DNA of 64,000 bases from Octopus sinensis (GCF_006345805.1 NC_043004.1:91636001-91700000), one strand, 5' to 3'; positions 1-11,256 are shown, counted from the stretch's first letter. The notes: generated by a model from the letters alone, not told the origin. Program-made: numbers and translations.

Positions 1-120
1 ATTGCAGCAGTCTTTCATTTTTTTCTAAGCCCCGTAAAGGAACTCGGAAGCCTGGGCCTCCAGTCTGACCTTTCGCGATACACTTAAATTTGCTGTCTTT
101 TTGCCCAAACTAATCTATTA

Positions 121-345
121 AGGCCGAGAGCTGACAGAACCGTTAGCGCGTCGAATAAAATGCTTCGCGGCATTTTTCTCGGCATTTTATGTTCTCACAG
201 AAACCATTTATTTCCGGATCTTATACATTTTGAGTTCAAATCTTACCAAGGTCAGTTTTAATTTTCATCCTTTCGGGGTACCAGTCAGGTACTGAACCCG
301 AAAATATCGAGTAACCCATTGCCTTCCAAATTTCTGACCTTGTAT
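121..345 (+). mobile_element. Degenerate SINE (family B), interrupted at its 3' part by a MITE
   Basis: Head ggccgagagctgacagaaccgttagc, B-box-like gagttcaaatc, and body tttcatcctttcggggt match the better copies at 2013-2250. Confidence 0.6.
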
Positions 346-346
346 C

Positions 347-513
347 CAGGGTCGGCCCTAGGGTTGCTGGCGCCCCGGGCAAGCTGAACTTCGACGCCCT
401 TAAAAGTATAATATTTATAAACTTTCACAAGGAAAAAAACTGAAAATGTAGACTAAAAAGCACACTGCGCCCCGGGCGACTGCCCGAGTTGCCGGTACCT
501 TGAGCTGGTCCTG
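347..513. mobile_element. hAT-type MITE
   Basis: Imperfect TIRs CAGGGTCGGCCC / GAGCTGGTCCTG. Flanks cttgtatc / cttgtact form an 8-bp TSD with 6/8 identity. Confidence 0.65.
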
Positions 514-615
514 CTTGTACTTAAATTAAAATCTTTTATAATTCTAGCTCTTTACCTTCTGAGTTCAAATCTTGCCGACGTGTATATTTGTCTTTCATTC
601 TTTCGAGATGCATAA

Positions 616-852
616 AATACCTATTTCTTTATTACCCACAAGGGGCTAAACACAGAGGGGACAAACAAGGACAGACATAGATATTAAGTCGATTACATCG
701 ACCCCAGTGCGTAACTCGTACTTAATTTATCGACCCCGAAAGGATGAAAGGCAAAGTCGGCCTCGTCGGAATTTGAACTCACAACGTAACGGCAGACGAA
801 ATACCGCTAAGTATTTCGCCCGGCGTGCTAACGTTTCTGCCAGCTCGCCGCC
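616..852 (-). mobile_element. tRNA-headed SINE family B, full length
   Basis: Reverse complement of 2013-2250, with A-box-like GGCGAGCTGGC, B-box GAGTTCAAATTC and tail tgtgggtaataaagaaataggtatt. Confidence 0.85.
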
Positions 853-1684
853 AGTACCGTCAAATACTGGGCTCGATACAGTCACCTAATTCTTCCCTCA
901 CCATCAAATTAGCTAGCCTTGTATTTAAATAAAAAAATAAATAAATAAAAGGCAAAGGTCTCCAGAGGTCAGAATGCAAAGAGATATAACTAAATCCACA
1001 ATGTTGTGAATTTAACTTGACATTCACAGCCCCTTAAAACATTATTGATTTATAATTTTGACCTGTTCTCCATTCTAAATTACTTCCAACTGAGCCGGGA
1101 ACAGTTTTGTATATTACATATTGATAACGGAGCGCACGTGTATACACATGTGTTAGTGAGTATGCGTGTGAGTATGCGTGTGAGTATGCCCGTGTGTGTG
1201 TGTGTGTGTGTATGAGTTTGCGTATTTGCGTGTGTCAATGGAATGAATGGATGAATGACTGAATGAATGAATAAATGAATGAATGAATGGATGGATAAAA
1301 CTGAATTGATTAAAAGCAGACGTGGAGAGAGACGAAACCAACTGGTTGCTTCATAGTTTAAACTGCAGTAGTGAGTGAAGTCGGTAAGTTGTAACTCATC
1401 GCCGTGTTCCCATTGTGAAAAAAACGTGTTTGTCCATTAGACAACGAACCTTCCAAATATAAATAATAAAATAAAACTTGTATGACTCAACTAGGTTAGC
1501 CACAGGTGTATTCCGTAACTTCACACACACACACACACACCACACACACACACACACACACCACACACACACCACATTCATTTATAATAAATGTATATAT
1601 ATATATACACACACATACGTTTATCTATAGTATATGTATATATGTATGTGTATATAAACACGTATATATATATATATATATATA

Positions 1685-1830
1685 TATTTCTTTACTACCC
1701 ACAAGGGGCTAAACACAGAGGGGACAAACAAGGACAGACAAGAGGATTAATTCGATTACATCGACCCCAGTGCGTAACTGGTACTTAATTTATCGACCCC
1801 AAACGGATGAAAGGCAAAGTCGACCTCGGC
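1685..1830 (-). mobile_element. SINE family B, 3' portion
   Basis: Near-identical to 616-765. Confidence 0.8.
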
Positions 1831-2012
1831 ATCTGCGTGTTTATCTTTCTGTCTCTCTGTCTCCGTCACACTCTTTCTCTCTCTCTATGTGTGTGTGTGC
1901 GCCTGTATACACATACACACACGCACTTGCACGCACATATACGCTCGCATTCAAGGTCAGGGCAATGCTAAAATTGATAGGATAACCAGGCAAATGGCTT
2001 TGCGGTATCTAA

Positions 2013-2250
2013 GGCGGCGAGCTGGCAGAAACGTTAGCACGCCGGGCGAAATGCGTAGCCGTATTTCATCTGTCGCTACGTTCTGAGTTCAAATTCCGCT
2101 GAGGTCGACTTTGCCTTTCATCCTTGCGGGGTCGATTAAATAAGTACCAGTTACGCACTGGGGTCGATGTAATCGACTTAATACCTATGTCTGTCCATGT
2201 TTGTCTCCTCTGTGTTTAGCCCCTTGTGGGTAGTAAAGAAATAGGTATTT
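2013..2250 (+). mobile_element. tRNA-headed SINE family B, full length (reference copy)
   Basis: Pol III A/B-box-like head; more than 10 related copies in the window. Confidence 0.85.
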
Positions 2251-2325
2251 AAATCGTTTTTGAGTTCAAATCCAGACCGGGTTCGGTTGGTCTCCCATCT
2301 TCTCCCAGAACGATAAAATAAGCAT

Positions 2326-2713
2326 GGATGGAAGCACTCCATCGGTTACGACGACGAGAGTTCCGGTTGATCCGAATCAACGGAACAGCCTGCTCGTGAA
2401 ATTAACGTGTAAGTGGCTGAGCACTCCACAGACACGTGTACCCTTAACGTAATTCTCGGGGATATTCAGCGTGACACAGAGAGTGACAAGGCCGGCTCTT
2501 TGAAATACAGGTACAACAGAAACAGGAAGTAAGAGTGAGAGAAAGTTGTGGTGAAAGAGTACAGCAGGGATCACCACCATCCCCTGCCGGAGCCTCATGG
2601 AGCTATAGGTGTTTTCGCTCAATAAACACTCGCAACGCCCGGTCTGGGAATCGAAACCGCGATCCTACGACCGCGAGTCCGCTGCCCTAACCACTGGGCC
2701 ATTGCGCCTCCAC
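2326..2713 (-). mobile_element. tRNA(Arg)-like-headed SINE family C, full length with 11-bp TSD
   Basis: Head GGCCCAGTGGTTAGGGCAGCGGACTCGCGG...GGTTTCGATTCCC. TSD aaaataagcat at 2315-2325 and 2714-2724. Resembles the octopus OR-type SINEs (from recall, unverified). Confidence 0.85.
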
Positions 2714-3059
2714 AAAATAAGCATCAGTCAAGTGGTGAAACCGATAAATTACTTTACTTTCCATCTCGCTCACAATCTGTGGCGTCATGCCTGCAGAACA
2801 AAATATTAATATTTGGAGTATGTAGAGCATCGCACAACGTGCGGTACGATGCTAAGCTACGTTCATCTACATGCCGATTTCGAACCCTGTTTAGGTCAAC
2901 GATTTAGTCCTTTGCACTCAGTTGTTAAATATTCATCGGGACCTTCTTGAACTTCTGTCTAGGTTAGGAACCATTATAATGCATGTGATGTATTTCTATA
3001 CATTGCGTGTGTATTTGTATGTGTGCGTATGTGTGTATGTGTATATATATATTTATATA

Positions 3060-3139
<80 letters not shown>

Positions 3140-3145
<6 letters not shown>

Positions 3146-3345
3146 TTAATCCAAACAAAAAAACAAAAACAAAAAACAACAACGCAAGGACGTGGAACAA
3201 ATAAAGTATTATTGGACGCTCAGGAAAGAAGGGAAGACGTTTGACGTTTCGAGCGGAGCTCTTCGTCGGAAACATAGGAGAAGGAAAGATCCCGAGAAGG
3301 GAAGACAGGGGAAAAAATCGCTAGTGATACAGACGAGGTCACATA
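3140..3345 (-). mobile_element. Short Penelope-like terminal-repeat remnant carrying a minimal hammerhead motif
   Basis: Hammerhead-like motif followed by cctgagcg, a U-rich tail and (TA)n. Same layout as 44225-44420 and 53160-53300. Confidence 0.55.
3238..3274 (-). ncRNA. Minimal type-I hammerhead ribozyme motif, CCGACGA core variant
   Basis: Reads TGTTT-CCGACGA-A-GAGC-TCC-GCTC-GAAA-CG-TC^AAACG: stem I 5 bp, stem II 4 bp, palindromic ACGT in stem III. Confidence 0.65.
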
Positions 3346-3356
3346 CTATAATATAT

Positions 3357-3449
<93 letters not shown>

Positions 3450-3452
<3 letters not shown>

Positions 3453-3662
3453 GTTATATAAAATCCGTTTTGTGTGATGTGTGTGGTGTCTTCTAGGATC
3501 TCGGGCATCCTCCATCCGATTGCGCTGAAATTTGATATGTAAATACCGACGGTATCAGGGCGTGCATAAGTCTTGAAAAAATTACAAAAATCGATTCCAG
3601 GTGAGAATGCGATCGATAAAGCCGTGGGAACGTGCATTTGTACGCGCAAGTATATCAGCTAT
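3450..3662 (+). mobile_element. Non-autonomous Helitron-like element
   Basis: 5' TC...tatataaaa...tgtgtg start, internal ccgattgcgctgaaattt, subterminal hairpin cgtgcatttgtacg and CTAT end. Confidence 0.5.
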
Positions 3663-3792
3663 TGCGATGTACTTACTGGTACTTTAAACTCTTCGGTTGC
3701 ATATTTGTGTGAATAAAATCGTTTTTCTTTGGAATACAAAAAAAATCTATCATTATTTCTTCTTTTACTGGTGTCTCAAATTTAGGTTAAAT

Positions 3793-3852
3793 CAGTGTTT
3801 CTCAAAGGGGAGACCTATGGGACGGTCAGACAAGTTGTTTTGAGGAAATTTG
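3793..3852. mobile_element. 60-bp hAT-type mini-element
   Basis: Starts CAGTGTTTCTCAAA and ends TTTGAGGAAATTTG (10/14 inverted match). Flanks ggttaaat / gtttaaat form a 7/8 TSD. Confidence 0.45.
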
Positions 3853-3999
3853 GTTTAAATGTTTGACAACTCAGCACCATCCATTGAACGGAAGGGGAGG
3901 GGCGATTTGCTCGTATATATATGTGTGTGTGTGTGTGTGTGTTATTCTTTAACAAGAACAGTATTGAGAGTGATGTCGAGGTTTCTGCCAGCTAAGCCC

Positions 4000-4034
<35 letters not shown>

Positions 4035-4194
4035 CTATGATAATGATAGCTTAGCTGGTCGAAACTTCGAAATCACTGTCACTACTATTCTTGTTAAACA
4101 ATAAGTTTGTACTCTTTCAAAACTATGAAGTGATCCTTCAGATTAATGCAAAATTGTTTTTATTATAACTAAACACAAAAACAAACATTAATAT

Positions 4195-4775
4195 TTACAT
4201 ACGTACAACATATATACATACACACATTTATACATACATACATTTCATACATACATACATACATACATACATACATACACACATACATACATACATACAT
4301 ACATACATACACACATACATACATACATACACACATACATACATACATACATACATACATACATACATACACACATACATACACACATACATACATGCAT
4401 ATATACATACATACATACATACACACATACATACATACATACATACACACATACATACATACATACATACATACAACATACACACACACATTTATACATA
4501 CATACATTTCATACATACATACATACATACATACATACATACACACATACATACATACACACATACATACATACATACATACATACATACATACATACAT
4601 ACACACATACATACATACACACATACATACATAACATACATATATACATATATACATACATACATACATACATACATACATACATACCATACATACTACG
4701 TACAATACATAACGGTGACATACATACATACATACATACATACATACATACATACATACATACATAGGTACATAC
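4195..4775. repeat. (TACA)n tetranucleotide array with internal sub-duplications
   Basis: Direct reading. Confidence 0.95.
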
Positions 4776-5109
4776 AACAGCTAGAAAATATATCAGTGTA
4801 GCACACACAAAAATACACTCATACACACACACACACACACACAACACACACACCACACACACACAGCACCACACACATTAATATATAATCAATATTTTAT
4901 TATAGTGTATGTGCGTGTTATAATATATATATATATATATATTATAATTAGGGTTCAGATAACTGCTTCACCACATACCGAGTTTAGAAATAGGAGTTAA
5001 AAATTCCTTTTCTACTACTATAAGAATCTCCATGATGGTAAACATACTTTTTTACGAAGGCAAGAGAAAAACAATGAATCAACACGACGATTACATATAT
5101 AAATATATT

Positions 5110-5162
<53 letters not shown>

Positions 5163-5166
<4 letters not shown>

Positions 5167-5568
5167 CACAGGAGTGGCTGTGTGGTAAGTAGCTTGTTTA
5201 CCAACCACATGGTTCTGGGTTCAGTCCCACTGCGTGGCATCTTGGGCAAGTGTCTGTCTGCTATAGCCCCGGGCCGACCAATGCCTTGTGAGTGGATTTG
5301 GTAGACGGAAACTGAAAGAAGCCTGTCGTATATTGTATATATATAATATATGTGTGTTTGTGTGTCTGTGTTTGTCCCCTAGCATTGCTTGACAACCGAT
5401 GCTGGTGGTTGTTTACTCCCCGTCACTTAGCGTTCGGCAAAAGAGACCGATAGAATAAGTACTGGTCTTACAAAGAATAAGTTCCGGGGTCGATTGTGCT
5501 CGACTAGAAGGCGGTGCTCCAGCATGGCCGCAGTCAAATGACTGAAACAGTAAAAGGCTAAAAGGGTA

Positions 5569-5573
<5 letters not shown>
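5163..5573 (+). mobile_element. tRNA-headed SINE family A with internal (TA)/(TG) microsatellite
   Basis: Head GTGGCTGTGTGGTAAG...GGTTCAGTCCCA, then ttgggcaagtgt, central microsatellite, and tail gactgaaacagtaaaag. Confidence 0.85.
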
Positions 5574-5620
<47 letters not shown>

Positions 5621-5626
5621 GTATAT

Positions 5627-5780
5627 TTAATAAATAGGGTTCAGCAAAGATTTGCTTTACCACATACCGAAGTTTAGAAATAGCAGCCAAAAAACGTAGC
5701 TATTTCTTCTACTTTTTGGGCTGCTATTTCTAAACTTCGGTATGTGGTAAAGCAAATCTTTGCTGAACCCTGTTTATTAA
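5627..5780. repeat. Near-perfect 154-bp foldback (palindromic MITE-like element)
   Basis: Arms of about 70 bp are reverse complements with only a few mismatches, around a loop ctatttctt. Confidence 0.9.
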
Positions 5781-6439
5781 GTATTACTTAAGTTTACCAT
5801 GAAATGGTCCTTTTTTTCATGCCGCATTCTACTTGGTGAAATTATTGATTACTTCTTAATTAATTAATTTTACCCATTGTTATTATATATATATATATAC
5901 ACATATATATGTCTGTCAGTCTCTGTTTTTCTCTCTCTCTCTCTCCCCTCTTTCTCTCTCTCTATGTTTTGCATGTCTATGTGCGTATGTGCAAATGCAT
6001 GTGCACAGCGTATGTATGCATATACAGTTATTCTCATAGATACAGCCCAAAATGGGGGCAGCTCCTTCCTCCATATGACGTGGTGGTGTCGCTTCTATCG
6101 TCTCCGCAGTGATAGCTATAACAAATTTTTCAACTGCTAGAGCAGATTTCACCGGGAGAAAGCGAGCAGAGCTGAAATCAGCTCAATCAACTGCGTGAGT
6201 TGCGCTGATGCACCAAATAACTAAAGGCTTAGAAGACCAGCACTGTTCAAATCGATAATGGACCGAAAAGCTTCATCTGTATGAGCGTGTGTGTGCGTGT
6301 GTGTGTTTGTGTGTGTGTGTGTGTATGTGTGTGTGCTTGTGTATGTGTGTGAGCGCTGGAGAGAGAGCGCGTTTTGTACGTGTGTGATGTACACACTTAT
6401 ATATTATGCATATATATATAATATATATATATTATATAT

Positions 6440-6470
<31 letters not shown>

Positions 6471-6482
6471 CATATTATATAT

Positions 6483-6518
<36 letters not shown>

Positions 6519-6641
6519 AATATGTATGTATATATATATATATATATATATGCATGTGTATGTTGTTTGTATGTATTATATATATATGTATATATATACT
6601 TAATAATAATATATATATATATATATACATATTATATATAC

Positions 6642-6681
<40 letters not shown>

Positions 6682-6974
6682 CTATATATATATATATATA
6701 TATATATACATACAAATATATGTATATTCACACACGTGTGTGTATGTTTGTCCATGTGAACGGCATAAGAGAAAGAGAGACAGAGAAAGAGACAGAGATG
6801 GAGAGTGAGAAAGACAACGTGTGTGTGGATGTGTGTGTTGGTGTTTGTGTGTGAGAAGACATTGATTTTGCTGTTTACAGCAATGTTATTCATAAACACC
6901 ATCTTGTTATGTCGGTTGCTATTTGTTATTATGAGCAAGGAAGACGAGACAATAGGTCTGATTATCAATTTATA

Positions 6975-6978
6975 TATG

Positions 6979-7014
<36 letters not shown>

Positions 7015-7178
7015 TGTATGTATGTATGTATATTTATTTATATTTATGTATGTTTGTATGTATGTGTGTATATATATATTTATTTATATTTATATATGTA
7101 TATATGTATGTATGTATGTATGTATGTCTCTATATATATATGTATGTATGTGTATATATATATATATTTATTTATATT

Positions 7179-7212
<34 letters not shown>

Positions 7213-7270
7213 TATATATTTATTTATATTTATGTATGTATGTATGTATGTATGTATGTATGTGTATGTA

Positions 7271-7328
<58 letters not shown>

Positions 7329-7330
7329 CA
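6975..7330. repeat. Compound (TATG)n/(TA)n/(TG)n microsatellite
   Basis: Direct reading. Confidence 0.95.
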
Positions 7331-7554
7331 TGTAGTATAAATCTAGATCTCTCTTCCCGTTCTACCGTTCTTCCGTTTGCTTTACCATGGAGTCGTTAGA
7401 TCAACAAGGTAGGCCTTCGCTTCCCTGCAGTCTGCTGTGACCCGGTCTGTTTATTGACAGAACGCATACTCCGCTCCGCTCCACTCCACTCCACTTTGAG
7501 GAATGAATAAAATGAAACTGGACTCGAACCTAAATCGCAGTTTAATCAGCCTTA

Positions 7555-8060
7555 TGCATATTATATTATACATTTTACATTATATTACGAAGATTATATT
7601 ATATATATATATATTACATTATATTATATTATGTTTTATTATATTACATATATATTATATTATATTATATCATATTACATATATATTATATTATATTATA
7701 TTATATTATATTATACTATATTATATTATATTACATATATATTATATTATATATATTACATATATATTATATTATATCATATTACATTATATTATATTAC
7801 ATATATTATATTATTATATTATATTATATTATATTTATATTCAAATATATTATATTTATTACATATATATTATATTATATTTCAAATATATTATAGTATA
7901 TTATATTACAAATATATTATAGTATATTATATTACATATATATTATATTATATTATATTATATTATATTACATATATATTATATTATATTATATTATATT
8001 ATATTACATATATATTATATTATATTATATTATAATTATATTATATGATTATTATATTAT
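7555..8060. repeat. (ATATT)n-type AT-only degenerate array
   Basis: Direct reading. Confidence 0.9.
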
Positions 8061-8364
8061 GTGGTAGATTAGTGGGACGCCGTTTGAAGTATGTTGCAGG
8101 CAAATAGTGGGTCGATTATTATGGTTGTTCCTTCTCTAAAAATGTCTGCTCTGGTTCCTATGCTAGATATCGCTAACATTATCTTTGTTATTCTGTGCCT
8201 GAGGAATACGTCAATAATTTACGTTTTATATAATAAATAAATAAGCAAATAAATAAATAAAACGTATAAAAAACATGCATCAAACTCGTTCAAGGTTAAG
8301 GAATGAGTGAATAAGTCTAAGACTTTAGTGATCCGAGAATAGCTATTTTCCTATAGGTAACCTA

Positions 8365-8391
8365 CAATAATAATAATAATAATGATGATGA

Positions 8392-8425
<34 letters not shown>

Positions 8426-8564
8426 CGACGACGACGATGATAATATAATAATAATATATATAATGATAATAATAATAAAATAATAATAATGATGATGATG
8501 ATGATGATGATGATGATGTGATGATTGACGACGACGATGATAATAGATAATAATAATAATAATA

Positions 8565-8615
<51 letters not shown>

Positions 8616-8837
8616 ATGATGATGAGACACGACGACGCGACGATGATGATAATAATAATAATAATAATATAATAATAATGATAATAATACTAATAATGAT
8701 GATGATAATAATAATAATAATAATAATGACGATGATGATGTGATGATATAATAATAATGATAATAATAATAATAATAATAATATAGTGATAATGATCATA
8801 ATAATAATAATAATAATAAAATAATAATAATAATAAT

Positions 8838-8869
<32 letters not shown>

Positions 8870-9096
8870 GATGATGATAATATAATAATAATAATAATGA
8901 CGATGAATGATGATAATAAAATAATGATAATAATAATAATATAATAATAATAGATAATGATAATAATATAATAATAATAATATAATAATAATATAATAAT
9001 GATGATATGATAATAATAATAATAATAATAATAGTGATAATGATAATATAATAATATAATAATAATAATAATAATATAATAATAATAATAATAATA

Positions 9097-9149
<53 letters not shown>

Positions 9150-9151
9150 AA

Positions 9152-9194
<43 letters not shown>

Positions 9195-9235
9195 GTAATA
9201 ATAATAGTAATAATGATGATGATGATGATGACGAT
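8365..9235. repeat. (AAT)n/(GAT)n trinucleotide array
   Basis: Direct reading. Confidence 0.95.
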
Positions 9236-9830
9236 GGTTTCAAATTGTGGCACATGACCAGCAAGCTTCGGAGAGGTGGTTAGTCGATTTCAACGACCCC
9301 AGTGCTTGACTGGTGCTTATTTTATCGACCCCGAAAGGTTGAAAGGCAAAGTCGGCAGAATTTGAACTCAGAACGTAAAGAGCCACTTGGCATTTTGTTC
9401 GACGCTCTAACGATTCGGAATGGTTTCTGATTTAGGTAGAAGTCCAGTTATTTTGAGAGGAGTGTATTTGTCAATTCCATCGACCCAGTACTCGACTAGT
9501 ACTTATCTCACTGACCCCGAAGAGATGAAAGACAATGTCTAATACTGTGGTTCAGGGTATCGACTACCCTTTCCTTCAAATGTGCCTTAGCCAGAAATCT
9601 TTATAATTATTTTGTCGGTTCAGTGGTAGAATCGGTAGAACACCAGAGAAGATGCACTGTGCTTTGTTTTTCAACTTTTACTTTCTGTGATCCATTCTCT
9701 CTAGAGTCAACTTTGCCTGTCATCCCTTCAGGGGCGATAAAATAAAGCACCAATCAAGTACTGGGGGTGATGCAATCGACTTGCATCGCTACCTCAGAAT
9801 TCTTGCCTTGTGCCAAAATTAGCAAGAATT
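9235..9830. mobile_element. Cluster of older SINE family B copies (two minus, one plus)
   Basis: Recurrent atcgaccccgaaagg...aaggcaaagtc and aagtactgggggtgatgcaatcgac motifs. Confidence 0.65.
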
Positions 9831-10038
9831 ATTTTTATTTTTCTGATTGCGTCTGGGACAATACCGAAAGGACTGAAGACAGATGTTTTACTCATTGGCC
9901 AAGGCATTTTAAAAATCCCATATGAAAAGGAAGATGAGGGCAGAGCTACCTCTCAGTTAACTTGTTGAAAGGTGGGTGAATGTGGCGAGGATGGCCCCAG
10001 TGAGTGAGCTTACTCTAAGCTAGCACCTGTAGGCTGAA

Positions 10039-10117
10039 GAATACGGAGGAGAGAGAAGCACTTGCCTTGGTACTCTCAGTGAGTACCATGGCGAGTGCTC
10101 CTCTCTCCACCGTATTC
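10039..10117. other. 37-bp-stem hairpin with 5-nt loop
   Basis: 10039-10075 versus the reverse complement of 10081-10117 is 33/37 identical. Confidence 0.9.
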
Positions 10118-10409
10118 GGTGAGTAGGATGGTTCTAGATCTGTGGAGTTCCTTGACTGCTCCCGGTGACTTCCCTCTATTGGAGATTTTGTTTGTGAAGG
10201 TTATTTTGCAAATTATTGTTGTTATTGCTTACACGGTTCTAAATTGTCAGTCCGGTGTCTTTGCATTGTCCTAAATGTCTTTCGGCCCTAGAGATAGAAT
10301 TATCATTATTCACACACATATACACACACATTCTTTGTTTTGTCCTGTACTATCCATAATGTTTTCTTAATGTAAACCCTTGTGGTTAATAAAGAAATCA
10401 TTATTATTA

Positions 10410-10440
<31 letters not shown>

Positions 10441-10441
<1 letters not shown>

Positions 10442-10595
10442 CTATGTTTGACTTTTGCTTTATGTCTGTACAAATTGGCTCCAAGTCTCACCCAGAGACC
10501 TCAAGAGACAACAGGTTGGAAGTTCTGTGCCATATATTTGGGTTTTTTTTTTCCTTCTTTCTTTTTTTTTTGGTGTTGTACTAGTGAATGTCTAA
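10441..10595 (-). mobile_element. 3' end of an (AAT)n-associated retroelement (family G)
   Basis: Reverse complement matches 62461-62616 (gtctcttgaggtctctgggtgaga...gcaaaagtcaaa), followed by (AAT)n. Confidence 0.7.
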
Positions 10596-10631
10596 TACAT
10601 AAAAAAAAAAATTTTTTTAATTAAATAAAAA

Positions 10632-10697
<66 letters not shown>

Positions 10698-10704
10698 ATT
10701 ATTA

Positions 10705-11000
10705 TCCAATTGATTTGTATTTTATTTCGTCTTCCGGCCGGGTCTCAACCAAAGACTTAAGGCACGTATATACTAGATGGAGAGAAACTTCCTGAAAATG
10801 TGGGCGGTTGATGTCAATACAATTCTTTTAGTCTTATAGATTGTTGGTTTCCTAGGCATCGGGTCGAAAAATTTGTCACTACCTTCCTTGGTCATTCCCA
10901 ACAGGGATGATTTTGATTTTTAATTGCCACGTCCTAGATATCTCAACCTCAAGGTCCTTATGTTTTGACAACAGTTTTCAAATTCCTTTGCTAAGATGTT
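10705..11000 (-). mobile_element. 5'-truncated R4/Dong-type RLE non-LTR retrotransposon, C-terminal remnant plus 3' UTR
   Basis: Frameshifted translation NILAKEFE/LSKHKDLEVEISRTWQLKIKIIPV/GMTKEGSDKFFDPMPRKPTIYKTKRIVLTSTAHIFRKFLSI* (stop at 10773-10775). (AAT)n on both sides. Confidence 0.8.
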
Positions 11001-11202
11001 TATTATTATTATCATAATTATTTGATGGTGGTGGTGGTGGTGGTGGTGGGTTGTCAGAATCTTTAGAACCACAGGCAAGACAGTTTGTGCTTGTTTAGTT
11101 GTACCCTTTTAAAGAATTCAGATATTGCCAAGATAGACTTTGTCTTTCATTCTTGCAGGATCGATACTAGAAATCCTCTCTAACAGCATGAACACACACA
11201 CT

Positions 11203-11256
<54 letters not shown>

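Noticed and set aside
2640-2713. tRNA-like sequences at SINE heads (also 5165, 32435, 34380)
   Set aside because: They run directly into SINE bodies and lack a full cloverleaf, so they are not tRNA genes.
7380-7415. ATGGAGTCGTTAGATCAACAAG|GTAGGC as a first coding exon
   Set aside because: Only 7 codons with no supporting context; expected by chance.
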